Source of the DNA: Mustelus asterias
Lineage: Eukaryota
NCBI RefSeq assembly: GCF_964213995.1
Contig: NC_135811.1
Coordinates: 77,004,001-77,068,000, forward strand
DNA: 64,000 nucleotides
Direction: 5' to 3'
The notes under the pieces are model-generated. The model made no database searches, was not told where the DNA came from, and saw only the letters and a list, made by a program, of their open reading frames with translations. The position numbers were made by a program, and so were the translations under genes. This document shows positions 36,101 to 49,875 of this stretch, in pieces (position 1 is the first letter of the stretch; each line of letters begins with the position of its first letter).

Positions 36101-37278
36101 TAGACTCATTTTTCAGGCTGGTGGGTGCACGATGATTGGGGTGGGGGGGAATCTTCGATCTCCAACAAGAAGTGGTGGGGGGGGGGGGGCGGTTGTGTCT
36201 CTATGGGAAGGCCCTTTCTGACTGACAGCACACTCTCCTCATGGGCTGGAGACCTCACGACCTCCTCCCACCTCACCTCGGCCCAAACCCCGACACCGGC
36301 ACCTCTGAAGTTAGGGATTTCAGCTGGCTCACTGCATCCATTGCGGCAGGATCGGAAAATCCCAGCCAAAGGCCAGAATGTTACGGCTGTTCACGCTGGC
36401 GGGATTTTCCCACCCCGCTGCAGTGAATGGAAATTTGGCTGGGCGTCAGGTTCTCTGACTTGGCTGCAGAGGGAGCGTGGCGTGAACGGCGGGTGATAAG
36501 ATCGCGGCTGAAGTCTTTGATGATGAGAGTGAAGCCCTTTGTGTGGGGACTAACTCTGAGCAACAGGGAAAAAATGAATAGTGGGGATGGAGCTCTAACT
36601 AATGGTACAAAATCCTGCGTGGAGTAAAGCCACTCAGTGACAGAAGCAAAGTCCTGCGTGTCAGACACAAAGCAGTGAACACTGACAGCAGAATCCCCAG
36701 TACAGGAATAGTGCCCGAGGGAACAGCAATAAAGCCTTGGAGCAACTTAGTCTATACTTGAAACACCATAGCTTCTAGGGATTCTTGGCATGGAGTTCAC
36801 CCCTGCGATATGAGAGGGCATGTTGGTCACAATGTGTGGGAAAGGAAGGTTATAAATGTAAAAGTCAAAAACACCATTAAATATAAAGGTTAAAAAAATT
36901 CTGCCACTTCCACTTAACTAGGTGAGTGTCAGAATAAAATAGGTCAAGAGTAAATCAAAATAAAAAAGGTATGGAAGAATCAGTCATGATCTCATTGAAT
37001 GGTCCAATTGATACACCCGGTGTTACATCACCAGAACTGAAAGGAAACGTGTTTTAAAGAGCTTGCTTTTATCTTCAGCTGGCATAATTAACAGCGAGGC
37101 ATCTGAGAATAGAAGATTCAGGAAGGAAACAGTCCGTCACATTGCTTTAATAGCTGCACGCTTATCTTAAAAGCCACCTGAACATCTGTGACTTTAGCCA
37201 CAAGTTTTTCTCCAAAGCTGCTGCAGCTACAGAACCCCCTCCGAACAGCTTTTGAGTGAGCTCAGAAAGGCTTCTTAC

Positions 37279-37346
37279 CTGATGCGCTTGCCGTTATCCG
37301 CTACTTTGGCTTTGTTTAGAATTCCAGCTTTGTCCAGGGACTGAGA
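37279..37346 (-). CDS. arhgap27: ARHGAP27-like exon, start of PH domain (SQSLDKAGILNKAKVADNGKRIR)
   Basis: tttcgtttag|TCT ... AG|gtaaga; 68 nt, phase 0/2; a second in-frame CAG would start the exon at 37340. Confidence 0.9.
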
Positions 37347-38189
37347 CTAAACGAAAAAGGAAAAGCGAATGAGTACACGCTGAAATGCAGGAGGAAAGGA
37401 AAGCCACCCAACAGGTCCAGTCCCAGGCTGCACCAAACTCCATGGCGATTAGCTCTGGTGAAGAGAAAATAGCTACAAGCAAGGGATGACTGAAAGCTCC
37501 ATGTGTCGCACAGCAATGTTCCTCAAGCTATCCCGTCAATAGATGGTCAGAACCTGCATAACAATAGGTAATCCCAGGCAACAGAGCAAACCAATGGCTT
37601 GAAAAGATACAAAGTGGAGGTCGCACTTAGAAAAGAACCATATAGCAAATAATTCAGAGATGTAAAAAAGATGTCACCAGCAGACAGGATCCCTATGAAA
37701 ATATCATGCATAAAAAGCACGCTTTGATGGGCATACAGCTGCCCAGCGGGTAATGGGATTAGTGTTAAAGTGCATCGGGGTGAAGAATGAGATGGCCTCG
37801 CTCACAAACAGGAAACACTAACGTGTGGGAGCAGAATTTCAACACGATTTCCAAGTGCAAGCTCGGCACTGAAATCAGACGCATTCCGTCTGTGTTTAGC
37901 AAGCGACGCCTTAAAGAAACAGAACAGAAATTAATTCGCATCAAAACCTGCCCTCAGTCAGTTGCTCGTATTCATATCATGTGGGAAATTCATACCTGAT
38001 TATGGGAATCTTGAAACAGGGCATGGGAGAGCAGAAGAGGGAGCCCCAAAAGTTACGGACTTTAGTCAAATCCTGAGGGCATGTGGGAATGATTGTTGAT
38101 TGTGTGTCAGTTGTGTTTAATTGTATACAATAACTGAGGTTTCACTTTAGCACATGTAAAGAGACACTCACTGAAACTTTGGATGGTTA

Positions 38190-38487
38190 GGGTGACAGAG
38201 TGATTAGCACTGCTGTCGCACAGCGTCAGAGACCCGGGTTCGATTCCTAGCTTGGGTCACTGTCTCTGTGGAGTCTGCACCTTCTCCCAGTGTCTGCATG
38301 GGTTTCCTCCGGATGCTCCGGTTTCCTCCCACAGCCTGAAAGACGTGCTGGTTAGGTGCATTGGCCATGCTAAATTCTCCCTCAGTGTTCCCGAACAGGT
38401 GCCGGAGTGTGGCAACTAGAGGATTTTCACAGTAACTTCATTGCAGTGTTAATGTAAGCCTACTTGTGACACTAATAAATAAACTTT
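38190..38487 (+). mobile_element. V-SINE with alternative tail
   Basis: same tail as 10776 copy. Confidence 0.85.
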
Positions 38488-38976
38488 ATGCATGAATTAG
38501 AAGGTACATGCTTGTGATACTTCACTCCGTAAATAAATCTAAGACTGTGTAAGGATGGGCTACAGCAACATCCTTCACCAATTAGAATATACCAAAACTT
38601 CTTTCATTAAAAAATAATGTGAGAATGCTTATATTTGTAATTATGGTCCACTATTGAAATCTCTTGAGTTGACAGCTTGGAAAACTGAGATTTTTTGAGA
38701 TGTGTCCAGTATTTAGTGTAGTGGGAACGTCAGGAACCAAACAGAATGTAATGTGTTGCCGCCTTATTCCTGTCATCCTGTCAGAAACCCAGTAGGAGGA
38801 TGATGGGAAACAGTTGTATTGAAACGCCCTGGAATATATTCCACTCACACACACTCACATAGCACCAAAACAACCAGAAGGCATTGACCCAATTCTGCAT
38901 TAGCTCGACTTTCCATCCACAATGGACATAATATATCATTGCAGAATCCCTGGCACATTAGAGAAAATAATATCTT

Positions 38977-39293
38977 CATGGAATCCTATGGTGCAGAGGG
39001 AGGCCTTTTGGCCCATCAACTCTGCAACAACTACAATCCCACCCATGCCCCATCCCCCTAACCCCATGCATTTACTCTAGCTAATCCCCCTGACACTAAG
39101 GGGCAATTTAGCATGGCCAATCCACCTCATCCGCACATCTTTGGACTATGGGAGGAAACCAGAGCACCCGGAGGAAACCCATGCAGACATGGGGAGAATG
39201 TGCAAACTCCACACGGACAGACAATGATCCAAGTCGCAAGTCGAACCCAGGTCCCTGACGCTGTGAGGCAGCAGTGCTAACCACTGTGCCGCC
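38977..39293 (-). mobile_element. HE1-like V-SINE
   Basis: head, V-domain, tail. Confidence 0.85.
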
Positions 39294-40122
39294 TTCCTCC
39301 TTATCGACTGTATTTTGTCTTACGACACAGCACACTGTACAGATCACCTAATGACTGTATTCAACAGTGTGCACCATTTGAGTTTCAACATACCGAAGTC
39401 CATTTTTATGTCCTTACTTGAGTTACAATTTGAATCCTGCTTTAACTGGATAATCCATGATTCGATTCCCCATAGACAAGTTCACATCTTGTTCAAATGT
39501 CCCAAGACACTTTTATGCATTTTAAAATCATTTATTGTTGAAATTATACAGTCTCTTCCCAAACACAGGACAAAAACAATGTTCTCTTAAGTGTTCAGAA
39601 ATAGTTACTAATATTCTGGACCCAATTCAGGTTGGTAACTAGTTCATATAATGGCTGTGTTTGAGCCCCCAGGGTCACCGGCTTCTTGGCACCTCAGTTG
39701 ATGATTCTGGCTTCAACCCTCCCTTTCCTTCAATCCAGTATTGGCAGCTAGGTTGTTAGGTGTCTCAAACCCCAAGGTCTGGAATTCTTTACACCTCTCT
39801 CTGTTCCCTTAACACGGTGCTTACACTCATCTCTTTGACCTCACTTTTGGTTGTTATGTCTAATGGACCTCATTTTAGCACATTCAAACCCACACCCTTT
39901 CACAGAGTTAAAATCAGGCCTAATGTCTCTTTCTTTGACTTGGTGTAATTTTTTTGTCTGATTATGTTCCTTGGCATGATTTACTGCTTTAAAATTGCCA
40001 AATAAATACAAGTTGTTGTTGTTAAATGGTTGAGATTTTGGGTGCATCAAAGCAATCAAAGTAAATTAATTAATCCAGCATTTTGTAAAAGAGCACAAAC
40101 CAGAGAATCTGCCCTAAGCTAT

Positions 40123-40413
40123 TAGAACCATAGAATCCCTACATTGGAAAGAGACCATTTGGTCCATCATCTCTACACCTTCTCTCCAAAACAAATCCCC
40201 AGGCCCACACTTGTGTTCTATCCCCACGCATGGCTAATCCACGTAACCAGCACATCTTTGGAGTGTGGGAGGAAACCGGAGCATCCACAGGAAACCCATG
40301 TAGACACAGGGAGAATGTGCAAACTCCACACAGATAGCCAACCAAGGCTGGAATTGGACCTGGGTCCCTGGTGCTGTGAGGCAGATGTGCTAACCACTGT
40401 GCTACCATGCCAC
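40123..40413 (-). mobile_element. HE1-like V-SINE
   Basis: head, V-domain, tail. Confidence 0.8.
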
Positions 40414-40479
40414 CTGTTGTTTGAAGCAGAAAATTTCATACACCAAAGGAGGCCATTCTTCCCTTGTATTTGTGTTGGC

Positions 40480-42390
40480 CGGAGACTGGTCCAGCCCCAT
40501 CCCATTTTCCAGTTTACATACAAATACTCTTTCAAAATGGAGGGGTGTTTCCAATGCGACCACCCTTTCAAGCAGCAAGCTGCAGACTCTCTTCACCCTC
40601 CAGATAGAAACACTTCTTCTCAACTTCCTCTAATCTTTCTGTCTATGCATTAAATTCATGCCTCTGATTACTGATTACTCTGCTAAGAGGAAAAGACCGG
40701 TCCTATCTGAGATAGATAGTCAGTCTATCTTATCTCCTCAATTAAATAACACCTCAATTAATCCTCCTCCCAGCCTCCTCTGTTTCACATAAACCAATCC
40801 CAGCCCATACAAACAGAAGTCATAGCTAAAGTTCTCCAGTCCTGGTAACATCCTACTAAATCTCCTCTGTACCCTCTTCAAGCACGATCACATCCTTCTT
40901 GTGATGTGCTGACCAGAGCCACATGTCGTTTTTTAGCTGTGGCCTAACTTATGTTTTATATAGTTCAATCTACCTACTCTTATATTCTATGCCTCAGCTG
41001 ATTAAACAAAGTGTTCTGTACATCTTCCCATTGTCCCTCTGATTTGATTTGATTCATTATTGTCACATGTATTAGTATACAGTGAAAAGTATTGTTTCTT
41101 GCGCGCTCTACAGACAAAGCATACCATTCATAGAGAAGGATAGGAGAGAGTGCAGAATGTAGTGTTACAGTCATAGCTCGGGTGTAGAGAAAGATCAACT
41201 TAATGCGAGGTAGGTCTATTCAGAAGTCTGGCAGCAGGGAAGAAGCTGTTCTTGAGTTGGTTGGTGCGTGACCTCAGACTTGTGTCGTTTTCCTGACGGA
41301 AGGAGGTGGAAGAGAGTATGTCCGGGGTACGTGGGGTCCTTAATTATGCTGGCTGCTTTTTCGAGGCAGCAGGACGCGTAGACAGGGTCTACCTGTCCTG
41401 CTACCTTTAGGGATCTGTGAACATGCACTCCAAGCACCATCTGATCCTTTACACTTCTCACCATCCTATCATTTATTGTGCATTCCTTGGCCTTGTTCAC
41501 CTTTCTCAAATCCATCACCTCAAACATCCCAGAATGAATTCCATTTGCCACTTTTCTGCCCACCTGACCTTCAGCTTTCTTTATCATGATTAACCACACG
41601 GTCAAGTTTTGTCTCAACTGCAAACTTCTTAATTGTGCTCCCTACATTGAAGTGAAAATCATTGATATATATCATAAGAAATAGGGGACCTAGTACTAAA
41701 CTCTGCCAAACCTCATTGTGTCTTCCAGTCACAAAAGACACCCACCGACCATTACCCTTTGCTTCCTGCTACTGAGCCATTTGCTACTTGCCCTCGGATC
41801 CCTTAGGTTTTGTCTTTTCTAACCAGTCTACACTACGTGACCTGGTCAAAAGCTTTGTGAAAATCCTCATTAAATGTACTAGCCTCAATGTTTATTTTGT
41901 GGAGGCAACAAGGAGGGTCAGTCAGGTTAAGTAAACCTGAACCTCCCTGAACAAATCCATACTGACTGACCTTCACTGAACTGTGCCTTTCTAAATGACG
42001 TTGAATACTGTCCCTAGGAATTTTCTTCAAGAATTTACCTGCCCAAAGATGCTAGGCTGACTGGCTTAAAGTTATTTGGTTCATCCCTTCCTTCCTTTTC
42101 AAGCAATGGTACAATTTTAATTGACAGGGTAAATATGTGGGGTTACGGGGATAGGGCCTGGGTGGGATTGTTACTGCTGCAGGCTCAATGGGCTAAATGG
42201 TCTCTTTCTGCACTGTAGGGATTCTATGGTTCTATTCAATGGTTTAGCACACTTCCAATCCTCCACATCACACCTGTGGTTGGAAAGCATTAGAAAAACT
42301 ATGGTCAGAGCCTCCAAGACTGTCTTCCTTATGTCTCCTAGCAACCTAAGAAACATTTCATTTAGGGCCTGTTGATTTATCCACTATTGA
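40480..42390 (-). mobile_element. Old CR1 ORF2 relic with nested insertions
   Basis: SQYGFVQGGS.L.NL, DFHKAFDQV, LGVHVHRSLKVAGQVD segments. Confidence 0.7.
41040..41385 (-). mobile_element. Rex1/Babar-type LINE 3' end
   Basis: CLEKAASIIKDPTYPGHTLFHLLPSGKR and terminal (aatca)n repeats. Confidence 0.75.
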
Positions 42391-43764
42391 AGATGTTATA
42401 AATCTTGATCCCCCATGTCGCCTCTGAGAATTAGGCACTTAACTGGGCAGTGGAAGGCGTTCCCCAGGATCAAGGATCCCGGCTGCACAAGTACCACCCT
42501 TCCCAGGGCTGCTGGTTAATCTGAAGCCAATGCTTGGCAGCGCCTCTGGGGAGGTGGTGGTTGATGCCGGTTCTGTACCCACCTGAAGATCATTGAGGGA
42601 TACAGGCACAGATGAGTGATAGTGGGAGGGGAGTCACAGAGTGGATTTTGTGGCAGTGGGTGGTCTGCAGCAAGGACGTGGGAGGTGGCCCTCAGCAGGA
42701 TCCCCTTTCCGATGTTGGGTCCCTTGATCAGGCACCGAGTGACCATGAATGAGGGAACCCCCAATAGAAGCCCACAAGCAGGTCTGATGAGGTTTGCTTT
42801 AAAGTGGGTTCTTGCATGGTGAGCCCCGAACTTGCCACTGGGTGAATACCAGCAGCAGTGGCAAGATGAGGCCTTTAAGTGGTCCCATTTATTCCAACCA
42901 ATGGACTCCTCTCCCATTGCGTGTTTGCTGGTGGGGGGGGGAACATTTCATTGGGCAGGAGGGTGGTGGGTGTGATCCCCACCTCATTCTAACCATTGCC
43001 CTGATGCAATCCGTGGTGGGAAAGTGCATGGATGGGTTTCCTGCCAGGCCGCAATTAATGCCCACTTAATGCCCAAGCTTTCCTCCAGGTTTGATCAGTG
43101 TTAAGGAGTTGGAGACGTTCGATTCATATCCAGAATGGTTATTGTTGAGCCATGTGGTGAGTTGGGGGTAGGTTCTTGAAGTTCTCTATGGATGAGAGTG
43201 GTGGGGTCCAAGCTGCTGTAACGCCAGTTGATCCTCTGCATATTGCTGCGTCCTGTCGAAGGGAAGGCCTGGTAACCACTGCCAGAATAATGTAAAGTTT
43301 CTTCTGCTTGATAATTAGAAGGGACTTAAAGCGATTTTGGCCAGCCTCAACCTAGCTCCCTGTGGAAGGCAGTCCGCAAGTCAGAATAGCCAGCGAACAT
43401 GGTGATCTCACTGGTACAGCTGACATAGTACATGTGCCTGCTGCATTGTTGAGGTAAAGTAATGATGAGGTAGTGTGAAGGAGAACCAACCAGACTGACT
43501 CCCTGGCACATGTTCATTTGAAACGTGGCCGAAACTGGCCCATGACTTGCAGCACTGGTCATTCCCAACGTAAAGTACAATGTGACAAAGTGGGTGTCAA
43601 ACTACGGAATTCCTCATGGTTCATGAGGGAGCACAAACCACAACTTTATTCAGGAACTGGTGACAGGAATTAAAAGCAGAACTCAAACCTCCTCCCTAAT
43701 TGAGTCAGAGGATAACTATTTGTCTTTTTCAAGAACTTGTCGGAAAAAGGCCAGTCAGTCAATG

Positions 43765-45470
43765 TTACGCCATCCATGACTCACGAAGCAAGCTGAGGAT
43801 GGTATGAAATTGAAAGGAGAGGGGTACAATGCCGCAGGGAATAGCGGCAGCCCAGAAGATTGGGAAACTTTTAGAAATCAGCATATGATGACTGAAAAGA
43901 ATAATCGAGAGGGAGAAACTGGAGCACGGGAGAAAACTAGCAGGAAATATAAAACCAGACTGTAAAAGCATAGATAAGTATATAAAAAGGAAAAGAATAA
44001 CTTTGCTCAGAGAGACTGGGGAATTAATAACGATAAACAAGGAAATGGCAGCGATTTTGAACAAATATTTTGTATCAGTCTTCACAGCAGAGGACACAAA
44101 GAGTATTGCAAGAAGAGTAGAAAATCAAAAGGCAAAAAGGAGGGAGAAACTGAGTCATAGTCATAGAGTTTTACAGCACAGGAAGAGGCCCTTTGGCCCA
44201 TCGTGTCTATGCTGGTCATCAAACACGCAGCTATCCTAATCCCATTTTCCAGCACTTGCTGCGTAGCCTTGCATGCTATGGCATTCCAAGTGCTCATCTA
44301 AATGCTTCCAAAATGTTGTGAGGGTTCCCTCCTCTACCACACTTTCAGGCTGTGAGTTGCAGATTCCCATCACCCTCTGGGTGAAAAAGATTTTCCTCAA
44401 ATCCCCTCTAAATTTCCTGGTTACTGACCCCTCTGCTAAAGGTAGAAGTTTTTTCCTATCTAACTTATCCATGTCCCTCATCATTTTGTCTACCTCAATC
44501 AGGTCAGCCCTCAGCTTTTTCCGCTCTTGGGAAAACAATCTCAGCCTTTCTCGCCTCTCATCATAGCTGAAGCACTCCAGCCCAGGCAACATCCTGGTGA
44601 ATCTCCTCTGCACCCTTTGTAGTGGAATCACATCCCTCCCATGGTGTGGTGACCAGCACTCGAGCTGTGGCCTCACGAGCGTTTTATACAGCTCCAACTT
44701 AAAACAATCACTACCACTAGAGAAAAAACACTCGGAAAGCTAATGGGACTAAGGGTGGAATTTTATGGCCTCTCGCGGTGGGGGAAAGTGATTTAAAAAA
44801 TGTGGTGGCTGTTCAAAAGACTTTGGCGGGTCAGGAAAATCCCGCCAGCGGGAGGGGCTGTAAAATTCCGCCCGAAAGGCCGACCGGTCCCCTGAACCTG
44901 ATAGCCTGCTAGCACCTTAAATGAGTGTAGTGCAAGTGGATGCATTGTTTGTAATCTTTCAGAATTTCCTGGATTCTGGAAAGCCACAATGGATTGGAAA
45001 ACTGCACTATTCAAGAAAGGAGAGAGCAGAAAGCAGGAAATTACAGGCCAGTTCATCTAACTTCTGTCCTTGGGAAAATGCCGTTACTCATTCGAGTTAA
45101 GAATGAGAGGTGACCTGATTGAAACATACAAGATACAAGAGGGGTTTTGACAGGGTGGATGATGGGAAGATGTTTCTTTTTATGGTGGAATCTCAAACTA
45201 GGGGGGGGGCACACGGGGTTTCCCATTTAAGACGGCAATGAGGATGAATTTCTTCTCTTACTCTTTGGAATTCTCTTCCTCAGAGAGCAGTGGAGGCAGA
45301 GTTATTGATTATATTCAAGGTTGAGTTTGACAGATTACTGATTAACCAGGGGGTTGATGGCAGGCGTCGTCGGAAAAGTGGAGTTAAGTTCAGCTATCAT
45401 CTTATTGATTGGTGGCGTAAGCTCAATGGGCCAAATGGCCTAGTCTTGCCACAATTTCTTATGATTTTAT
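43765..45470 (+). mobile_element. CR1 ORF2 relic with an antisense CR1 3' end nested at 44155-44700
   Basis: NKEMAAILNKYFVSVFT on plus; YKTLVRPQLE…LQRVQRRFTRMLPG on minus. Confidence 0.75.
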
Positions 45471-45839
45471 CTTGCATAAACATGAAGAAAAATGCTCTAT
45501 GATCCCACACACACACATTTGGCTTATTCTGGTGTTAATAGGGGATCCAGTCAAGATATTTTAGCAAACCAGTGTATTTATGCTCATTGTGGTGTGAATA
45601 ATCACTCCAGCTAATTGGTAACTTTACACTGTCTAAGCCAAGGTCAAATGTACCAGGTTCAAAGAGAACATTTCACCCTAGCTCCAATCATTCAACTTTC
45701 TCCCAGTTTGACTCCAATACAAAGCACCCTTACTAAGTTAAAAATGGTAAGCACACATGCTGGGCCAAGACTGTCAATAGCTAGACATCAGTTCAAAGCT
45801 TAACCCACTCCCCTTCCCATATATGTTCAGTTACTTGGG

Positions 45840-46048
45840 ACCTTTGGGGGCAGTTGCATGAAGGTAGTTAGCGATCAATCCCTACCAGCAGCCAATGGGT
45901 CCCATGTGCAGTCGCCTGACTGGACTAAATCCACATACAATCCTTAACGCTAGTGAACAAAGGAGACTTCTGCTCCATGAGTCTGGATCCAAACCCAGGA
46001 GCCAGAGGCGAAAGGTCAGCATCTAACCCAGCTATACCACCCAGCCCC
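45840..46048 (-). mobile_element. Old tRNA-headed SINE relic (LF-SINE-like)
   Basis: ggggctgggtggtatagctgggttag…cctttcgcctctggctcctgggtttggatccag head. Confidence 0.35.
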
Positions 46049-46115
46049 TATCAATAAGGGTTCTAAAGGCTAAGGACTTGCAAAGCTCCACATAGTGATT
46101 CATCACTCTACTCAC

Positions 46116-46247
46116 CTTCTCCTCAATATCCAAACGTAAGGATGGCATTGATTTCAGTGTGTGGCCATGACGCCAGTTAGAGAAAACAAAATTTCCTTCT
46201 TGGTCCAATCCATTCCCTGCACTAAGTTGATTGGAGGGAGTTCCATA
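46116..46247 (-). CDS. arhgap27: ARHGAP27-like linker exon (YGTPSNQLSAGNGLDQEGNFVFSNWRHGHTLKSMPSLRLDIEEK)
   Basis: ccctccag|TAT ... AAG|gtgagt; 132 nt, phase 0/0; WRH motif and terminal EEK fit the ARHGAP12/27 linker. Confidence 0.8.
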
Positions 46248-46471
46248 CTGGAGGGGGGGTGAAAACATTGGTTATTCAGCTCACAAAAACAGGGACAAAT
46301 AGTCTAAAGAGTTGTACATTTTATACAGCAATAGGGTCTGAGTAGATCGAAAACGCTCATTTCTCCACAGGCACAGATATAACTTCCTCACGTGGCAGGA
46401 AAAGGTGGGTCTCCGGTTACAGGATATAATGGGGGTGCTGGACAATGCACATGAACACTGAAGTGAACCAA

Positions 46472-46720
46472 TGGGGCAGCACGGTAGCACAGTGGTTAGC
46501 ACTGCTGCCTCACAGCGCCAGGGACCCGGGTTCAATTCTGGCCTCGGATGACTGTCTGTGCGGAGTCTGCATGTTCTCCCCGTGTCTGCGTGGGTTTCCT
46601 CCGGGTGCTCCGGTTTCCTCCCACAGTCCAAAGATGTGCAGGTTAAATTGATTGGCCATGCTAAATTAGTGTCAGGGGGACTAGCAGGATAAATACGCGG
46701 GGTTACGGGGATAGGGCCTA
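46472..46720 (+). mobile_element. HE1-like V-SINE (3' truncated)
   Basis: near-consensus head and V-domain. Confidence 0.85.
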
Positions 46721-47802
46721 GATTCCTAATGGTCAGGCCTCAATTTCGTCTATTTTCCCAGAGTCCCAGCTGAACACAGCCAATTCCACTAGCCGGCTTG
46801 CGAATGAGAGGGAGAATTTTGTGGCGGGAATTGCAACCAGGGACCTGAGATGCACAACCTGGTTTACCCAGTCGTAGTGAGGGTCAAGGTTTCCTTGTAA
46901 GGCCCAGAACAACATCCCTGCTTCTCCTGGCTCTAAAGGAAGGTTGGATTCATCTATCAACTTATCTGCCTGGGCCTCCTTTGGATTTTGACTTCCTCCT
47001 TCCAGCATGAAACCGTCACTGTTCCCCCCACTCCCTCTGACTAAATGTAGTCAGATCCCAATTACCCCATTACAATCCAATCTGAATCTTCAAAGAAGAA
47101 CTCCACCTCCTTCCTGCAGGTGTCCTGCTCATTGTAACTAGTTGACATCAACACATGGCAGGTTGGGCAGTGGGGAGGGTGGTTAAATGGGGCTTTATTG
47201 TCCAAGTTCACAAATAGATGGTGGGCAGGATTTTTCTCCCTCCCTGCAGTGTGCTTGGCAGCGGTGGGAGGCGATGCATCACACGCTGGTGGTGGGATCT
47301 TATGGTCCCACCATTGACAACGAGATTTCCCATTGTCACTGGGAAAGGGGTGCACCATCAGTTGGGCCGTTAGATCCCACTGGCGTGAATGGCAGCAAGA
47401 TTTGAGCGGATGTGCTGGAGGGTGAGTGGCACCTTTGGAATGGCACTCCAATTGGGCACCACTGCCTTGGCAAGAAGAGGAGGTAGAGAATGGGAGATAT
47501 TTTCATAACACTCAAAATAAACTTTAAGCCAGAACAACTGAGGGATAAAACCACAACACATCAACAGTTCCCAAAAGATAACAATGGTTATAGAGAGCCT
47601 GACATGAGATACAAAATCTGGCACAGGGAGGAAGCAGTGCCTGGGAGGATTGGATCAAATCAGTGACACCAAAACATTGAATAGTTTCAGTCTAAAGTAA
47701 CCTTTTACTGAGTGAGAGATAATCAGCACTGGTCAGATGCAATTCCAAACCCCAGGAAATCTGGTCGCCGGGCCTGGATGATCCAATCCCAATCTCTTGG
47801 AC

Positions 47803-48125
47803 TGAATCATAGAATCCTGCAGTGCAGAAGGAGGCCATTCAGCCCATCGAGTCTGCACCGACCACAATCCCACCCAGGCCCTATCCCCATAACCCCACGC
47901 GTTTACCCTAGCTAGTCCCCCTGCCAGTAAGGGGCAATTTAGCATGGTCAATTCACCTGACCTGCACATCTTTTGGACTGTGGGAGGAAACTAGAGTACC
48001 CGGAGGAAACCCACACAAACACGGGGAGAAACTCCACACAGACAGTGACCCAAGCCGGGAATCCAACCCGGGTCCCTGGCGCTGTGAGGCAGCAGTGCTA
48101 AGCATTGTGCCATTGTGCCACCACA
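47803..48125 (-). mobile_element. HE1-like V-SINE
   Basis: head, V-domain, tail. Confidence 0.85.
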
Positions 48126-48971
48126 TGGCTGCATGGTGAAAGACTGGAAACTATCCAGGCTGTGGTCATTCCTCACATCAATCCATCCCAATCTTACAAT
48201 CAATGCAGCGAAAACCATTGCCAGGACTATAAGATCCTCTGGTCGAATGCAATCCGCAAACTCACTCAGAGAAATCCAGCCAGCAATGTAACTAGATTCT
48301 GGGGAGTGTTCTCACTGGCAAGGAAAAAACAGATCACACTGGCAAATATGAAGCACCAGTCAAACAAGGTCACAAACTTTAATAAAGACTCAGGGGCTAG
48401 AATTTTATGTTCCTCCCAAGAGTAGGCTGGCATGGCTCGGGTGGGTGGAGGGAGGGGGTGGGAGCACTCATACCTGTCACCTACCACCACCACCCTCCCC
48501 CTTCCCCAATCCTTTGTAGTATTTTACTGGCAGCAGGGAAGTGTAGGGTAGTCTATGTGCACTTGGACCAATTGAGACCCATAACTGGATGATTAATGCA
48601 GGGAGCGCCTTGCCCCTGAATTTTCAGCTGGTGGGAGGGTAAGGGAAGGGGGCCAATACCTCCACCCAAAGTTCTGGCCAATTTATTTATAATCTCAGTG
48701 ACCTTTCAAAGTGCTCTCATAGAATCCCTACAGTGCAGGAGGCGACCATTTGGCCCATCGAGTCTGTGCCGATTCTCTGCAGAGTATCTTACCCAGGCCC
48801 TTCTTGCCTGCCCTATCCCCACACACTTACCATGGCCAATCCACCTAACCTCTCAATAAAGTAAGAGTTTTTGCCACACCCAGGCCAGGATTTTCCGAAT
48901 TTGAACATTCGAACGAATTGAACGAATACACATTCTGACTCAGCAGCATTAATGCAACCACTGAGCACATA

Positions 48972-49268
48972 GGGCAGCACAGTGGTTAACACTGCTGCCT
49001 CACAGTGCCAGGACCCAGGTTCGATTCCCGGCTTGGGTCACTGTCTGTGCAGAGTCTGCATGTTCTCCCGTGTCTGCGTGGGTTTCCTCCGGGTGCTCCG
49101 GTTTCCTCCCACAATCTGAAAGATGTGCTGGTTAGGTGCATTGGCCATGCTAAATTCTCCCTCAGTGTACCCAAACAGGCGCCAGAGTGTGGCGACTAGG
49201 GGATTTTCACAGTAACGTCATTGCAGTGTTAATGTAAGCCTACTTGTGACACTAATAAATAAACTTTA
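48972..49268 (+). mobile_element. V-SINE with alternative tail
   Basis: same tail as 10776 copy. Confidence 0.85.
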
Positions 49269-49492
49269 AATAAATACACAGTAGTGCTCTATTATATTTT
49301 TCACATTGTTAGCCTACAGAACGATGACTACATCAACACTAATTGATTGGCTGTGAAGTGCTTTGATTCATTCTTGTCTGAAAAGGGTGATTTGAGGGGT
49401 TTAATTTTTCGATAAGTGATCATAAAAAGCATCCTGTCCCTTTAAGGATGGCAATATTCAATCAAATTCCAAGATTTTGGTCGATTCCTTAC

Positions 49493-49573
49493 CTGTGGAA
49501 GCTCCCACTCGGATTTGTCTCCCTCTGGGTTATAGTAATAGAACTTGCCGTTGGCGTCAACATGCCTTATCCA
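49493..49573 (-). CDS. arhgap27: ARHGAP27-like coding exon, WW domain (WIRHVDANGKFYYYNPEGDKSEWELPQ)
   Basis: ctctcag|TGG ... CAG|gtaagg; 81 nt, phase 0/0; too short for the ORF track, read manually. Confidence 0.92.
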
Positions 49574-49875
49574 CTGAGAGCAAATACAACACAAAATCGA
49601 GGTCACACAGTATCACTTTCAGAGTAATAAATGTAGCAATCCTGCCGGAGAATTAACCGCTAAAGCCTTTGTTTGAATTACTATGAAACCAAAAGCACAA
49701 ATTCCAAGAAACTGGATTGAAACGGAAAAGTGAACAGAGCCACTGCGCAGCTCCCAGGAGGTTTTAAATGTTGCAGTTCGAGTCTGACACATCTTGGTCT
49801 CAGAAATGCCGTGCAGTGGCTGCACAAAGTTATACCATTGGTTCTGCGCACTTTTAAATCAATACGCTTCACATG

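Noticed and set aside
38080-38600. Possible second LTR relic split by a V-SINE
   Set aside because: No clear TG…CA ends or TSD
38620-39470. Candidate cassette exons between the linker and PH exons
   Set aside because: No acceptor/donor pair giving a phase 0/0 stop-free exon with family similarity
43080-43620. Possible extra arhgap27 exon or Vingi/Ingi-like LINE relic on the minus strand
   Set aside because: Open stretch has no convincing GT donor; LINE-like words (QWLPG, LIHREL) are too weak without a search
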